Assembly (NCBI GenBank): GCA_051251915.1
Contig: JBPOGF010000002.1
Coordinates: forward strand, 96,001 to 160,000
Direction: 5' to 3'
Length of the DNA stretch: 64,000 nt
DNA from: Akkermansiaceae bacterium
GTDB lineage: Bacteria > Verrucomicrobiota > Verrucomicrobiia > Verrucomicrobiales > Akkermansiaceae
Shown here: positions 27,707 through 38,894 of the stretch, in pieces
Position numbering within the stretch: the first letter of the stretch is position 1
Layout: each line of letters starts with the position of its first letter
Translations under genes and position numbers: made by a program
The notes under the pieces: model-generated
Database searches by the model: none
Told to the model about the DNA's origin: nothing
The model's input: only the letters and a program-made list of their open reading frames with translations

Positions 27707-29149
27707 ATGTTTAATCGATTTTGTCAAAATGCTTCCTTGATGGTGTTGCAATTATTGTTTCTGGTTAGTGGATTGATTCTTTTTTCTGCTACCTCTGGGG
27801 CTGAAGTGGGTAAGGAGGAGGCACCTGCATATTTTGTGGAGGCGGCGGAAGTTAGGCGTCTTAGTGCTGTAGATATAGGAAAAGAAGGTCTTACTGTTAA
27901 GCTTCCTGGTAAGGCTGGGAAAGTCATTATGGCTTATGCTGGGGCTTATTTGTTGATAGAGTTTCCGGAGCAGAAATCTATTGGGGTTTTCGATATTAGT
28001 GCTGGGGGAATCATCAAGTATATCGATTTTGCAGAGCCATTTAGTGATTTCGCGGCAGGGGGTAAGACTTTGCTTATTTATCTGGGTAAGACGAATAAGT
28101 TACAGCTATGGGATATGACTACTTGGGAGCTTAAATCTGAGAAGAGATTCCATGTGCGGCGACGGATTGGAGATATGGGGATGGGGTTATGGAATGATGA
28201 ATTTGCCCTTATTCGGTTTAAGGATGGAGATAGTTCGCATAATGCGGGAGATGCTATTGGGGTTTTATCTTTACCTGATTGTAAGTTGAGTATTCCCAAA
28301 TGGATCAGAGGGAAGGAGGGGATGACATTCTCTAAAAGTATCGATGGGTTGCATCACGAACGCGCGATCAATGTGATAGAAAGTGGGACGCATGCTACGG
28401 TTTGCTCTAGTTATATGCAATCAACGTTTGGGTTAATAGATCTGCAAGATTTGGAGATTCTGAAAGTGGTAAACTACTCTGGCAGCTTTTCTAATCCGAC
28501 GATGAGTTCTGATTTACGTTATGTCATCACTGGTTGGGATGTATTTGAACTGAGTGAGTTAGGGTTCAATAAGGCGAAAGTAGGATTGATTAAAAAACAT
28601 CTTAAACTTATGAATCCCAAGGTTAATGTTTCTGCTACCAGAGTAGAGCCGATATCAGGCTTTGAGGGAGTGATACAATTTGATAGACCTGATGGCAGAG
28701 ATCAGAAATGTTCTTTGCTGGTGCGTGGATTTGATTCTTGGCGTGTCTTGAGTAAGACGGAGATTCCGATGTCGATTTATCGTAAATTTTATCGGCCAAG
28801 TTTCCGCAGCAAGGTTTTTGCTTCGGGTTATGTAGAGCGGTGTGTGCTTGTTGAGGAAGAGTTGCCGGAGCTTTATGTATTTCCTATAGATATACAGTCA
28901 GCAAAAAAAGTAGTCGAGGAGATGGCCAAGCCAGGCTTTCCATATGTTCGTAAAGTTGATGTGCCTGTGGGGATTAAGGTTAGTGTTGAAGATGGGCTTG
29001 AAGGAGTGACATTTGACCAGGAGAAGAAGACCTTAACATGGGAGATACCTAAAGACTTTAAACATGGGGCGACTGGTTCTATCGTCTTATTGTTTACTGG
29101 TCCAGATGGTAAGACTCAATATCACTTTGAAAAGATTCTTGTTCCATAG
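27707..29149 (+). CDS. Secreted hypothetical protein, possible beta-propeller
   Basis: 480 aa, N-terminal hydrophobic signal, beta-rich with WD-like elements. Confidence 0.6.
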   Translation: MFNRFCQNASLMVLQLLFLVSGLILFSATSGAEVGKEEAPAYFVEAAEVRRLSAVDIGKEGLTVKLPGKAGKVIMAYAGAYLLIEFPEQKSIGVFDISAGGIIKYIDFAEPFSDFAAGGKTLLIYLGKTNKLQLWDMTTWELKSEKRFHVRRRIGDMGMGLWNDEFALIRFKDGDSSHNAGDAIGVLSLPDCKLSIPKWIRGKEGMTFSKSIDGLHHERAINVIESGTHATVCSSYMQSTFGLIDLQDLEILKVVNYSGSFSNPTMSSDLRYVITGWDVFELSELGFNKAKVGLIKKHLKLMNPKVNVSATRVEPISGFEGVIQFDRPDGRDQKCSLLVRGFDSWRVLSKTEIPMSIYRKFYRPSFRSKVFASGYVERCVLVEEELPELYVFPIDIQSAKKVVEEMAKPGFPYVRKVDVPVGIKVSVEDGLEGVTFDQEKKTLTWEIPKDFKHGATGSIVLLFTGPDGKTQYHFEKILVP

Positions 29150-29290
29150 ATTTCAGGTTTGAAAGTAACTGTCGTTTGGAGTGGGTGAGGGTGTTTATTA
29201 GGTCAATTTAAGTATTTCTTGGCTATTGTACAGGTATCGTTGCAGAAAAAACATTGTTCTATGGCATAGATTCACGATAGGATTATTTTC

Positions 29291-29974
29291 ATGGTAGCAA
29301 ATAAGTCAGAAAAGAAAGTTCTCGTCATCGATGTAGGTGGAACAAACATCAAGATCATTGTGACGGGTGCGGAGTCTCGTATTAAGATTCCATCTGAGTC
29401 AGATATGAGTGGGGAGAGGATGGTGGAGCTAGTAAAGGAAGCAACTACTGAAGCAGGCTGGGAGTATGATGTTATTTCACTTGGTGTTCCTTGTGTGGTG
29501 CTGGATGAGCGTGTGGTAAGGAAGCCGGTAAATCTTGGTGTGGGATGGAAGGGTGTTGATTTTTCTGAGGCATTTGGATGTCCAGTGAAGCTGATTAATG
29601 ATGCGGCAATGCAGGCTTATGGGTGTTATAAGGGGGGGACGATGTTGTTTCTTGGATTTGGTACGGGGCTGGGTACTACTTTGATTGCTGAGGGCACTAT
29701 TATTCCGTTAGAGGGGGGGCATTTGCCATATGATAAGACGAAGAAGAGTTTGGAGAATTACGTAGGTAAAGCAGGGCGTAGAGAGCTGGGTGATGTGAAG
29801 TGGCTGAAGCATTCGTTTCGGATCATTGAGGCTCTGCGAAATTGTTTCTGCGCTACCGATCTGGTGATTGGTGGTGGTAATGCAAAGGACTTGAAGCCAT
29901 TTCCAGAAGGTGCGCGTGAGGTGGATAACTCGGCGGCGTTTAAGGGTGGGTTTAGGCTTTGGGAGGTGTCGTAG
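29291..29974 (+). CDS. ROK family kinase (polyphosphate glucokinase-like)
   Basis: IDVGGTNIK, INDAAMQA, GFGTGLG, EGGH, IGGGN. Confidence 0.88.
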   Translation: MVANKSEKKVLVIDVGGTNIKIIVTGAESRIKIPSESDMSGERMVELVKEATTEAGWEYDVISLGVPCVVLDERVVRKPVNLGVGWKGVDFSEAFGCPVKLINDAAMQAYGCYKGGTMLFLGFGTGLGTTLIAEGTIIPLEGGHLPYDKTKKSLENYVGKAGRRELGDVKWLKHSFRIIEALRNCFCATDLVIGGGNAKDLKPFPEGAREVDNSAAFKGGFRLWEVS

Positions 29975-30040
29975 CTTTTGTTGCGAGTATCATTGGTTGA
30001 TTAGGTCAAGACGATGCAGTGTTTTTAGGTTGAAGATTTT

Positions 30041-30910
30041 TTATTTTCTCCAGATCCATTTGAGTGCTTCTGGGAATATTTTGCCGGCGTGTTTGCCGCT
30101 GTGGCCGCCGTCTGTTGGTGCCCAGTAGTGATCATATTTTCTAAATGCTAGAGCGCTTTGCATTTGGAGGTTTGAGAGCCACCAGTTGCCGTGGGCGTTG
30201 TTGAGGTCGTCTTTGCCGTCTTGGAGGTAGATGCGGAGGGGGCGGACTTTTTCTTTTCTGATGAGTGCTGGGTAGACGTGGCCTCCGCGGATATTCGTAA
30301 ACGAACCGATGTGACTGATGACTTTGCGAAATAGATCTGGGCGTTCCCAAGCTACGGTGAATGCGCAGATGCCTCCGGAGCTGAGGCCGCAGATGGCGCG
30401 TTGGTCAGGGTCTTGGGTGAGGTTGTAGTTTTTGGCAACGGCGGGGAGTAGTTCTTTTTCTAGGAAGGTAGCGTAGTCGGGGGTGAGGGAGTCGTATTCG
30501 AAGCTGCGGTTGCTCTTTTTCTTTTGAGTCCCCCAGTCTTGTTTGCCTTCAATTTTGTCTACTTTTAGGCCGGGGTTGACGAAGATGGCAATGGTGACGG
30601 GTATTTGTTTTTTATGGATTAGGTTGTCTAAGACGATGGGTGTGCGGAAGTCGCCTTTCTGGTTGACGTAGTTGTGACCGTCTTGGAAGACCATGACTGA
30701 GGCAGGTTTTGCTGGGTCATACTGAGCAGGGACGTAGATGTAGTATTGTCTGCGAGTATTGGCGAATATGTTGCTGCTAATTTCGTGTTGGGTGATGGTT
30801 CCTTTTGGGACGTTTTCTTGGCGTATAGAGTCGGCTGGCCATGGGAGTTCTGCAGCGAATGTTGAGGAAATGAGGAGTGATAGGGCAATGAGTGCTGAGG
30901 ATAGGTTCAT
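30041..30910 (-). CDS. Secreted esterase (Fes/enterochelin-esterase-like alpha/beta hydrolase)
   Basis: YVPAQY, VFQDG, NRSFEYD, GLSSGG nucleophile, GGH. Confidence 0.88.
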   Translation of the reverse strand: MNLSSALIALSLLISSTFAAELPWPADSIRQENVPKGTITQHEISSNIFANTRRQYYIYVPAQYDPAKPASVMVFQDGHNYVNQKGDFRTPIVLDNLIHKKQIPVTIAIFVNPGLKVDKIEGKQDWGTQKKKSNRSFEYDSLTPDYATFLEKELLPAVAKNYNLTQDPDQRAICGLSSGGICAFTVAWERPDLFRKVISHIGSFTNIRGGHVYPALIRKEKVRPLRIYLQDGKDDLNNAHGNWWLSNLQMQSALAFRKYDHYWAPTDGGHSGKHAGKIFPEALKWIWRK

Positions 30911-31213
30911 GGTGGTGGAATAGGTGTGAGTATTATTACTCAGGTGGTGGAAGGTCTCTTACAGGAATTGTTTGGCTGTTAGGTAGGGATGTGTTGGTTG
31001 ATTTGGCGGGTGAGATTTGTGAGGGCTGAGCTTCTTTTGATGGTGACGAGGTGAGGGCTTGTCAGGGATGATGGGTTTATGGCGAGGGCTTGATTATGTC
31101 TGTTCAGATGGGTTTGTTGTTGGCCTGTTTGAGTAGCAAGTGCTGATTATTTTTCTTTGCTGATATAAGTTTGGGATATAATCTTTTGACTTAACTTTTT
31201 ACCTTATCTCATT

Positions 31214-32020
31214 ATGAAACTGATTTCTACGCTTTGTCTTTCGTTTGTCTTGTCTCTTCCTTTGGTTGGGGATGAGGGGTTTGTTGCGCTTTTTAATGGG
31301 AAAGACTTAAGTGGGTGGCAGTCTGTTAGAGAGGGGAATAAGGAGGGCAGTGGGTCATTTTCTGTGGATGAGGAAGGGAGGACGATTCATGTGTATGCTG
31401 AAGCTAAGGATGGGGCTGAGCAGCCTGTTGATTGCCTTTATACGGTGAAGGAGTATAGTGATTATATTTTGAAAATGGAGTATAAGTGGCTGGATAGGCG
31501 CTTTCCTCCTAGGGAGACGAGTGATCGTGATGCGGGGTTGCTGTTTCACATTCATGGGAATCTGACTAAGTTGTGGCCGTCTTGTTTGGAAATGCAGTTA
31601 GGTGAATCGGATGCAAAGAAGACTGAGGGGCGTTATCTTACGGGGGATTTATGGGTGATTGGTAAGGATGTACAGGTGATGAATGGACGAGGGAGTGATC
31701 ATTTTTACAAGGCTGAGGCGCCATTGGTATTGGTGGGAAAGGGGCAGGCTTATGATAGTTCGTTTACGACGGTTAATGCTGAGAAGCCTCATGGTGAGTG
31801 GAATGAGGTTACTTTAACAGTACGTGCTGGGAAAGAGGCTATATTTGATTTGAATGGTGTTGTGGTTAATAGGATTACTGAGATGACTACACTTGTTGAT
31901 GGTAAGAGAGTTCCTCTTGAAAAAGGGCGGATTGGCCTACAGGCTGAGTATGCGGAGTTACTCTATCGGAATATCAGGATCAAGGAATTGGCAGGGAAAG
32001 ATGTGAAAGTGTCGGAGTGA
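31214..32020 (+). CDS. DUF1080 (3-keto-disaccharide hydrolase-like) protein
   Basis: LFNGKDLSGW, DAGLLFH, EMQL, GEWN, GRIGLQAE...YRNIRIKEL. Confidence 0.92.
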   Translation: MKLISTLCLSFVLSLPLVGDEGFVALFNGKDLSGWQSVREGNKEGSGSFSVDEEGRTIHVYAEAKDGAEQPVDCLYTVKEYSDYILKMEYKWLDRRFPPRETSDRDAGLLFHIHGNLTKLWPSCLEMQLGESDAKKTEGRYLTGDLWVIGKDVQVMNGRGSDHFYKAEAPLVLVGKGQAYDSSFTTVNAEKPHGEWNEVTLTVRAGKEAIFDLNGVVVNRITEMTTLVDGKRVPLEKGRIGLQAEYAELLYRNIRIKELAGKDVKVSE

Positions 32021-32160
32021 TGTGTGTTAGTTTCGTTAGCTGATACTTTACATAAGCTAGAGTGAACTTGACCATATGAGTTGTGTTGGCTAGGTTGGGG
32101 GGACTATAAAATCTTTCCTTTTTGCCACTTTGGCTTCTATCTATCTCGTCCTTACTCTGA

Positions 32161-32586
32161 ATGCTAATACGGATGAGAGAGTGTGGGAGCTTACTTATGG
32201 TGAGAAGCTTCGAGTGGAGTGAGCTAGGGGCAGAACTTGATGCATTGAGTACGAAGCTGGGAGGTAACTCAGGGGGAGCTTGGCGTGCTTTTTACTATTG
32301 TGCATGTATCGAATACAAGTGGGCAGGCATTTATTTTAATGGTGGCTGGCTAGGTGGACCAAAATACCATGATCTGGGTTACTCTAAAAATATGCGCGTG
32401 GTGATGGTCAATGGAAATAACGATCATGCTAACCGAGTGAACGATAAAGTCACAGAGATCTTACACAGCCATGATGGTACTGTAGCGATGATTTCTTTCG
32501 AAGGCGGTCACCAAATACCAACCACTAGACCCCAGATCAAAGCATTCAAGTGGCTGACTGATCTTGAAGGGGTTGAGGATAAGTAA
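32161..32586 (+). pseudogene. C-terminal fragment of an alpha/beta hydrolase
   Basis: GNSGG nucleophile only ~35 aa from the ORF start, FEGGH at the end; N-terminal half of the fold missing. Confidence 0.55.
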
Positions 32587-32640
32587 GGGTTTATGAATAA
32601 TGATACTGTGGGGCTGGGGGTAAGTTTTTTTTTAACATAA

Positions 32641-32674
32641 AAAAGCCCATAGAGATTTCTTCTAGTGGGCTTTT
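32641..32674. terminator. Bidirectional intrinsic terminator
   Basis: aaaagccca...tgggctttt. Confidence 0.75.
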
Positions 32675-32773
32675 GAGATTGAGTAATTTTAAATTTTCTA
32701 GAATTCGAAATTATAGGACTTGTTTCTTAATCACGTGCTTTTTTGTGCCAATGGGCAGAAGTGGTTTTCTTGT

Positions 32774-33460
32774 CTAGCGGTTTCGGCGAGTGATGAAGCC
32801 AAGGCCAGCAAGAGTTAAAAGAAGAGTGGAAGATGGTTCAGGAACTGCAGTGAGAGTTAACTCACTAATGGAGGCGCGGCCTGCGTTCACCGTGTCTGTA
32901 ATAGTGAATGTGAGCACTCCCCCGGTGGAAGTGAGTCCAGTAAAGCTTTCGTAGCCATCAACGCCTACATCTGTGACAAAATCATTCTGTCGGCTATCTC
33001 CTTGGACGTTCCATGTGTGGCCAAATGTATCTGCCGCGGCTGCTGTTGAAGGTCGAAAAAAGCCCCCCGTCAAGTCGTAAGTTAAACTGTCATTGAGGCC
33101 AGAAATGGTAAAAGTTAGTGTGTCGTTATCATTACCAAATGACTGAATATGATCTGAGAAAATGGTGCTGTCAGAGCTTCCAGACCCCTGAGTGTTTGAG
33201 CCACTGGCTGAGCTGTCCATCCCGGTGACTTCAAGACTTACTCCAGTATCGGCACCGTCTGAAATACGAATTAAGTTGGTTTCGGTGTGATCAAAATTAG
33301 CTCCGGGGTCATCGCGAGTGAATTCATTCCAGTTCATGGCTGCAGTAGTTACTCCTCCGAAATCAATAGAGATGACATCAGTGGCCATAATGGCAGCGTT
33401 GGAGGTTACGACCATGGATGATAAAATGAAGGCTGTTTTGATGATTGTTGGTAGTTTCAT
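32774..33460 (-). CDS. PEP-CTERM sorting domain protein
   Basis: Signal peptide (SNAA); C-terminal AVPEPSS-TM-RRNR. Confidence 0.92.
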   Translation of the reverse strand: MKLPTIIKTAFILSSMVVTSNAAIMATDVISIDFGGVTTAAMNWNEFTRDDPGANFDHTETNLIRISDGADTGVSLEVTGMDSSASGSNTQGSGSSDSTIFSDHIQSFGNDNDTLTFTISGLNDSLTYDLTGGFFRPSTAAAADTFGHTWNVQGDSRQNDFVTDVGVDGYESFTGLTSTGGVLTFTITDTVNAGRASISELTLTAVPEPSSTLLLTLAGLGFITRRNR

Positions 33461-33667
33461 GTGTTTGATTGTGTGTTACTTGTGATTATTAATTTATGGG
33501 GTGTGTCAGTCAATTAATTAAAAGATAAGAGGTGATCTATTAGGACTAACTCACTTTGGCGAGATTCTCATCATCGCAATAGCAGTCATCATTCACCTGT
33601 CTATCAATTCTAAACAATGGCATTGAACTTGGTTAATGATAGTAGGTGTAAGATTTTTAGAATACCT

Positions 33668-35503
33668 CTATTTTGGGGTAGACTCGATGACTAGGTAGTA
33701 TGCGGTGTGTGGGCCGTCTGGGGTTTCGAATAGTGCTGAGAGTTGGTGGACTCCGGTGGGTAGCTTGGCTTTGAGTATTAGTGCGGGTTTTGTGGGGTCT
33801 GCTTTTCCTGCAGCTATTTTTTCTCCATTGAGGAGGAGGTGACCGGACTTGATGTTTAGGGCTCTTGCAGGGATGGTGCGGTGAGCGTCTGTTGTACCTG
33901 GGACTTGTTGCCCTACTGGAGCAGATGCGTTTAGGGCGAGGCCGGTGTAGAGTGGGTAGCGGGATAGTTTGAAGGTGTATTCGGCTGGTTTAGTGACTTT
34001 TAGCTGCCAGTAGGCTGCGCCGTCTTTGTTGATTCCGGTGAGTTTGCCTTCGCGAATGTATCTTTGATTCCAGGCTACTGAGCTGGTGCCACCGGTGCCT
34101 ACGAGGTCATGGGCTGTTAGTTGGAGGGGTTTAGGGTTTTCTCCTAGGTGGAATGGTGCGCCTTCTGCGAAGGATTTTTCCATGCTCGCCCACCAGTCTT
34201 CATAGCTTTGTCGCATAGCTTTGACGCGCTCAGGGTGTTCCTTTGCGACGTTCTTTTTCTGGGCTGGGTCTTTAGAGATTTGGTAGAGTTTTGAGCCGTT
34301 TAGTAGTCTCCAGTCTTGGGTCATGATTGCGCAGTTTTTCCATTTGGCGGGGGTGACGTTGCGTTGAGAATCTGTGATGAGTGTGCGTGCTGGCCAGTCT
34401 TTGACTTCTTCGTTTTCTAGTAAGGGAACGAGGGATGAGCCGTCGATGGGAAGGTTCTTGGTATCAGTAAGCTTGAAGCCGCATAGTTCGCCAAGGGTGG
34501 GTAGGATATCGATGTGGGCTGAGAGTTGAGGTATATCACGGCCTTTGTTCCAGCCTTTACTTGGCCAGTGGAGGAAGAAGGGGACTCTGTGACCGCCGTC
34601 GGTGGTTTTGCCTTTGCCTCCGCTCATTCCTGCGTTGTGGACTTTCGTGCCTCTAACTGATCCGTTGTCAGTGGTGAAGATGAAGATGGTGTTATCTGCG
34701 GCTCCAATATCAGTGAGTTTTTTGCGGAGCTGGCCGACGTTGTCATCGATGTTGGTGATCATTCCGAAGAAGGGTGCAAGGTCGCCTTTTTGGTTGGGAT
34801 ACATGTCTAGATATTTCTTTGGGGCGTGGAAGGGGCCGTGGGGAGCATTGGTTGAAATGTAGGCGAAGAATGGTTTTTTAGCTGTGTGTTGCTCTTCGAT
34901 GAACTTAGTAGCTTCTTCGAAAAAGACGTCTGTGCAGAAGCCTTTGGCTTGGACGGGTTCACCGTCTTCGAGGTAGGTGTCATCAAAGTAGGCGTTGTCC
35001 CAGAGATCTGGAGTCTGGCCTATGCCCCCGCCTCCATGGATGTAGACTTTTTTGAATCCACGGTATTGAGGCTGATATGGGTAGCTATCTCCGAGGTGCC
35101 ATTTACCGAAAATACCTGTGACGTATCCCGCCTGGGAGAGGTAGTCTGCAATGGTTGTCTCGTTTGGTCGTAGTAGTGAGCGGCCCATGATGGTGTGCCA
35201 TGCTCCGGTGCGGTTTGTGAAGCGGCCGGTCATGAGGGCTGCTCGAGTGGGGGTGCATGTTGGGGCTACGTGGTAATCTGTTAGTCTGAGTGATTCTGAG
35301 TGTAGCTTATCAATATGTGGAGTCTTGATGATTGGGTTGCCGTGGCAGGCGAGGTCTCCGTAGCCTTGGTCATCGGTGATGACGAAGACGATGTTTGGAG
35401 TCGCCTTGTCTTGAGCGTGAGATACTCCTAGGAGAGCTGCTGTTAACCATAGAATTATTTTCATCTCATTACGATTCACGAAAATTGTAGTGATGGCACG
35501 CAT
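33668..35503 (-). CDS. Arylsulfatase-type (Cys) sulfatase
   Basis: PNIVFVITDDQG, CTPTR (CxPxR), GKWHLG, TDNG. Confidence 0.95.
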   Translation of the reverse strand: MRAITTIFVNRNEMKIILWLTAALLGVSHAQDKATPNIVFVITDDQGYGDLACHGNPIIKTPHIDKLHSESLRLTDYHVAPTCTPTRAALMTGRFTNRTGAWHTIMGRSLLRPNETTIADYLSQAGYVTGIFGKWHLGDSYPYQPQYRGFKKVYIHGGGGIGQTPDLWDNAYFDDTYLEDGEPVQAKGFCTDVFFEEATKFIEEQHTAKKPFFAYISTNAPHGPFHAPKKYLDMYPNQKGDLAPFFGMITNIDDNVGQLRKKLTDIGAADNTIFIFTTDNGSVRGTKVHNAGMSGGKGKTTDGGHRVPFFLHWPSKGWNKGRDIPQLSAHIDILPTLGELCGFKLTDTKNLPIDGSSLVPLLENEEVKDWPARTLITDSQRNVTPAKWKNCAIMTQDWRLLNGSKLYQISKDPAQKKNVAKEHPERVKAMRQSYEDWWASMEKSFAEGAPFHLGENPKPLQLTAHDLVGTGGTSSVAWNQRYIREGKLTGINKDGAAYWQLKVTKPAEYTFKLSRYPLYTGLALNASAPVGQQVPGTTDAHRTIPARALNIKSGHLLLNGEKIAAGKADPTKPALILKAKLPTGVHQLSALFETPDGPHTAYYLVIESTPK

Positions 35504-35675
35504 AAAATTGGTCTAATTTTGAGGAAGGGATGGAGTGGGGTTTGACCTGTGGTGCTTTTTTATGTATTTGAAATGTGCAGAATTTATCTGATGGAATGGT
35601 GGGGTGAGGGGGATTATGGTGAGCTTGGGTGTTTTTCTTAGTTTTCATTTGGGGGGAGATGGGTAAGGGTTAGTT

Positions 35676-36647
35676 ATGGGTAAACGGCAAGATAGGGGGC
35701 AATCGCAGAAGTTGGGAGGGAAGGGATTGCATGTGAGAAACGCTCATGGGAAGGGGTATGATTTTGCTGCATTGATGCAATTTGATGAAGATCTGGGTGG
35801 GTATGTTAGGGGGAACGAGTATGGGGGTGAAACGATTGATTTTTCTGATCCAGAGGCGGTGAAGAGTTTGAATAGAGCGTTACTGAAGTATCATTATGGG
35901 ATAGTGGGGTGGGACATTCCTGATGGGTTTTTGTGTCCACCAATACCGGGGCGGGTTGACTATATCCATTATGTTGCTGAGTTGTTAGGGGTGGGTGTGC
36001 CTATTGATGGTGTATGCGAACCTATTAGGATGCTGGATATCGGCACTGGGGCTAATGGTATTTATGCCTTTTTAGCTTGTGTGGTTTATGGTTGGAAATG
36101 CACTGCGAGTGATATCGATGAGGTTTCGTTAAAGAATGTGGCTGCTATCATCGATCGGAATCCAGAGTTAGAAGGGCGTATTGAGTTGCGATTACAGAAA
36201 GATAATAGTTATGTTTTCGAGGGGGTTGTTAAGGAGGGAGAGGTCTATGATGTGTGTGTGTGTAATCCTCCGTTTCATGCTTCGTTGGAGGAGGCTCTTA
36301 AGGGGAATCAAAAGAAGCTAGCGAATCTGAACAGAAATCGTCAGGTGCGACAGAGTAGATCAGATTTTGGAAAACGAGGGCAGTCAGAGTCCGAGGCGGT
36401 GTTAAATTTTGGAGGTCAGAAGGCGGAGTTGTGGTGTAAAGGCGGAGAGATTAGATTTCTTCGTAAAATGTTGAAGGAGAGTAAGATGTTTTCCGAACAG
36501 TGTGGGTGGTTCACGAGCTTGATTTCAAAAATCGAGAACGTGAAGCCATCACTAAAGATCTTGTCTAAGTTGGGTGCGAGGGAGGTAAAAGAGATTCCGA
36601 TGCAGCAGGGTAACAAGGTGACGAGGGTCTTGGCTTGGAGGTTTTAG
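35676..36647 (+). CDS. rlmF: 23S rRNA m6A1618 methyltransferase
   Basis: LCPPIPGRVDY, LDIGTGA, CNPPFH, LNFGGQ..ELWC.GGE, MQQGNK.TR.LAW. Confidence 0.95.
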   Translation: MGKRQDRGQSQKLGGKGLHVRNAHGKGYDFAALMQFDEDLGGYVRGNEYGGETIDFSDPEAVKSLNRALLKYHYGIVGWDIPDGFLCPPIPGRVDYIHYVAELLGVGVPIDGVCEPIRMLDIGTGANGIYAFLACVVYGWKCTASDIDEVSLKNVAAIIDRNPELEGRIELRLQKDNSYVFEGVVKEGEVYDVCVCNPPFHASLEEALKGNQKKLANLNRNRQVRQSRSDFGKRGQSESEAVLNFGGQKAELWCKGGEIRFLRKMLKESKMFSEQCGWFTSLISKIENVKPSLKILSKLGAREVKEIPMQQGNKVTRVLAWRF

Positions 36648-36710
36648 GCTTTAATGCAGCTTCGGATATCTACAGATTTAGACTAATGTTTAAATCTTTG
36701 ATTAATCTTC

Positions 36711-37277
36711 TTAAGATGTCCGTCCCGGGACTCCTGTGCTCTTACGTAGACTTACCGGTGGGCCTAGGACTTCGCCGTAAATAAAGGCTGAACGTGCTGC
36801 TTTGGGGTCTTTTAGGCTAGATCGCACGGATCGCGAAGAGCTTATTGGACGAGTAGTCTGGAGATTGCTGATTTCTCTGTTCGTTTGAATTCGCTTGTGA
36901 GTTGACTGAGATTGGAGTCGGGCCGCTTCGCGCTTGGTCGCTTCTATTTTTTTGAGCTGGGCTTCCATTTCATTATCATAGGAATCATCGGACTGATCCC
37001 AGGAGAAATCTCTGGAGTGTTCACTTTCTGCTTGCAGGCGCTGTTTGCTAAGATTGGGAATAGGGGAAGGATTTTGTTTTCTAGGATCTGTAATTGGCGG
37101 TGTGCGGCCTTGAGACTGAACTTGGCGTTGGTATTCTTCTTCCTCCGCCTCGAAGTCGTGATCTTGCAGAGGGTCAGGTGAGCTCTCTTTGGCTTTATTT
37201 TTTTTGTCGACAATGCTCCCCACTATATAAAAAATGCCGACAATGATTGGCCCGATGATTTCTAGAATATTATCCAT
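36711..37277 (-). CDS. Membrane-anchored hypothetical protein (YqfB-like, floA operon)
   Basis: N-terminal TM; C-terminal ARSAFIYGEVLGPP. Confidence 0.7.
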   Translation of the reverse strand: MDNILEIIGPIIVGIFYIVGSIVDKKNKAKESSPDPLQDHDFEAEEEEYQRQVQSQGRTPPITDPRKQNPSPIPNLSKQRLQAESEHSRDFSWDQSDDSYDNEMEAQLKKIEATKREAARLQSQSTHKRIQTNREISNLQTTRPISSSRSVRSSLKDPKAARSAFIYGEVLGPPVSLRKSTGVPGRTS

Positions 37278-37286
37278 AGAGAGTTG

Positions 37287-38318
37287 TTAATTTGACTCAT
37301 CGCCTTTGGAGATCGAATCGCGCATGTCAGTGTCCGCTTTGATATTATTCATACGGTAGTAGTCCATGACGCCGAGATTCCCTGAACGGAATGCCTCAGC
37401 GAGAGCGAGCGGAACTTGAGCTTCTGCCTCGACTACCTTGGCATTCATTTCCTCTACGCGAGCCTTCATTTCTTGTTCTAGGGCAACCGCTGCTGCGCGA
37501 CGCATCTCGGCTTTGGCTTGAGCTACGTTCTTATCGGCTTCTGCCTGAGATTCCTGTAGTTTTGCTCCGATGTTTTCGCCGACGTCAACATCAGCAATAT
37601 CGATAGAAAGGATTTCGAAAGCGGTGCCAACGTCTAAGCCGCGGCCGAGCACCGTTTTAGAGATCATATCTGGAGACTCGAGAACGACCTTATAGGATGC
37701 AGCCGAACCGATCGTGGTCACGATGCCTTCGCCTACTCGGGCGATGACTGTTTCTTCTAGGGCGCTTCCTACATAATTATCTAAATTCGAGCGCACTGTG
37801 ACACGAGCACGCGCTTTCACTTGAATCCCGTCTTTAGCAACACCATCAATGGTCGAGCGCCCACTGCTGGGAGCGGGACATTCGATCACTTTAGGATTGA
37901 TCGAGGTGCGAACGGCTTCCAATACTGACTTGCCGGTTCCCTGAGTAGCGAGGTCAATGGCGCAGGCGCGTTGCCAGTCGAGCGTGATGTTTGCTTTATC
38001 AGCTGCGATTAGGGCTTGGACGGTTTGGAGCACGTTACCATCAGCTAGATAGTGTGCTTCAAGGTTATTAGCACTGATCTCGATCCCTGCTTTTACGGAG
38101 GTGATACGAGCATCTACTATGAGTGATGTAGGCACGCCACGGAGACGCATTGCTACGAGTGTAGGGAATCCGACGGATGCTCCAGAAAGGTAGGCTCGCA
38201 GCCAGATATTGAAGAAGTTGATAATAATAAAAGCAATGATCAAGATGACCACTCCGAGAACTGTAGTTATAGCTATCTGTGTGGTAGTTAAGCCAAGAAT
38301 GAGATTGAGTGAGTTCAT
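37287..38318 (-). CDS. floA: Flotillin-like protein FloA (YqfA)
   Basis: [57 protein letters not shown]. Confidence 0.95.
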   Translation of the reverse strand: MNSLNLILGLTTTQIAITTVLGVVILIIAFIIINFFNIWLRAYLSGASVGFPTLVAMRLRGVPTSLIVDARITSVKAGIEISANNLEAHYLADGNVLQTVQALIAADKANITLDWQRACAIDLATQGTGKSVLEAVRTSINPKVIECPAPSSGRSTIDGVAKDGIQVKARARVTVRSNLDNYVGSALEETVIARVGEGIVTTIGSAASYKVVLESPDMISKTVLGRGLDVGTAFEILSIDIADVDVGENIGAKLQESQAEADKNVAQAKAEMRRAAAVALEQEMKARVEEMNAKVVEAEAQVPLALAEAFRSGNLGVMDYYRMNNIKADTDMRDSISKGDESN

Positions 38319-38432
38319 AATGTTATATTTGTTGTCTAAAAGTTTTTCAAGGCTCTAGCTGATACGCCATTTGCATCCTATCTATAGAACTGTCTGTGAC
38401 GATCGTCAAGGTGAGAAAGTGTGAGGAAATAT

Positions 38433-38894
38433 TTATCGTTTTCTAACTTTTATTTTAAAGTTGTGTTGAGCTACTACGGAGATTTCTTGTTTTGCGTCGA
38501 TATATCCATCTTCAGAAGCAGCTTCATAGTGTGAGCCCTCTATCGTTACTTTACCGCTAGGATTAAGCCGCGTGATTGCCACGCCTTGTTTACCTATCAA
38601 TGAGATATCCGTGGTCGGTCCTGTGTGACCTGAAACTGATTCTTTTAAGAAGAAGGCATTTCCTAGAGAGGTGTTTTTAAGTAGCCTGAACTCGATCAGA
38701 ATCAGTGCTGTGCTTAGTAAGCCAGCGCTAAAAAAGACAGCGGCAGCTACCCATATGCCGTAGTCATTGTGTGCCAAAACCGTAGCGGCAATGACACACA
38801 GAGCGGCAATGGCTCCTAGTATTCCACCAGGTAGGATGATCTCAAAGGCGATCAGAACCAATGCGGTAACTATCAGGATAAGAATCAAACTCAT
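38433..38894 (-). CDS. Short NfeD family protein
   Basis: EIILPGG, TM helices, LIGKQGVAITRLNPSG OB-fold. Confidence 0.9.
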   Translation of the reverse strand: MSLILILIVTALVLIAFEIILPGGILGAIAALCVIAATVLAHNDYGIWVAAAVFFSAGLLSTALILIEFRLLKNTSLGNAFFLKESVSGHTGPTTDISLIGKQGVAITRLNPSGKVTIEGSHYEAASEDGYIDAKQEISVVAQHNFKIKVRKR

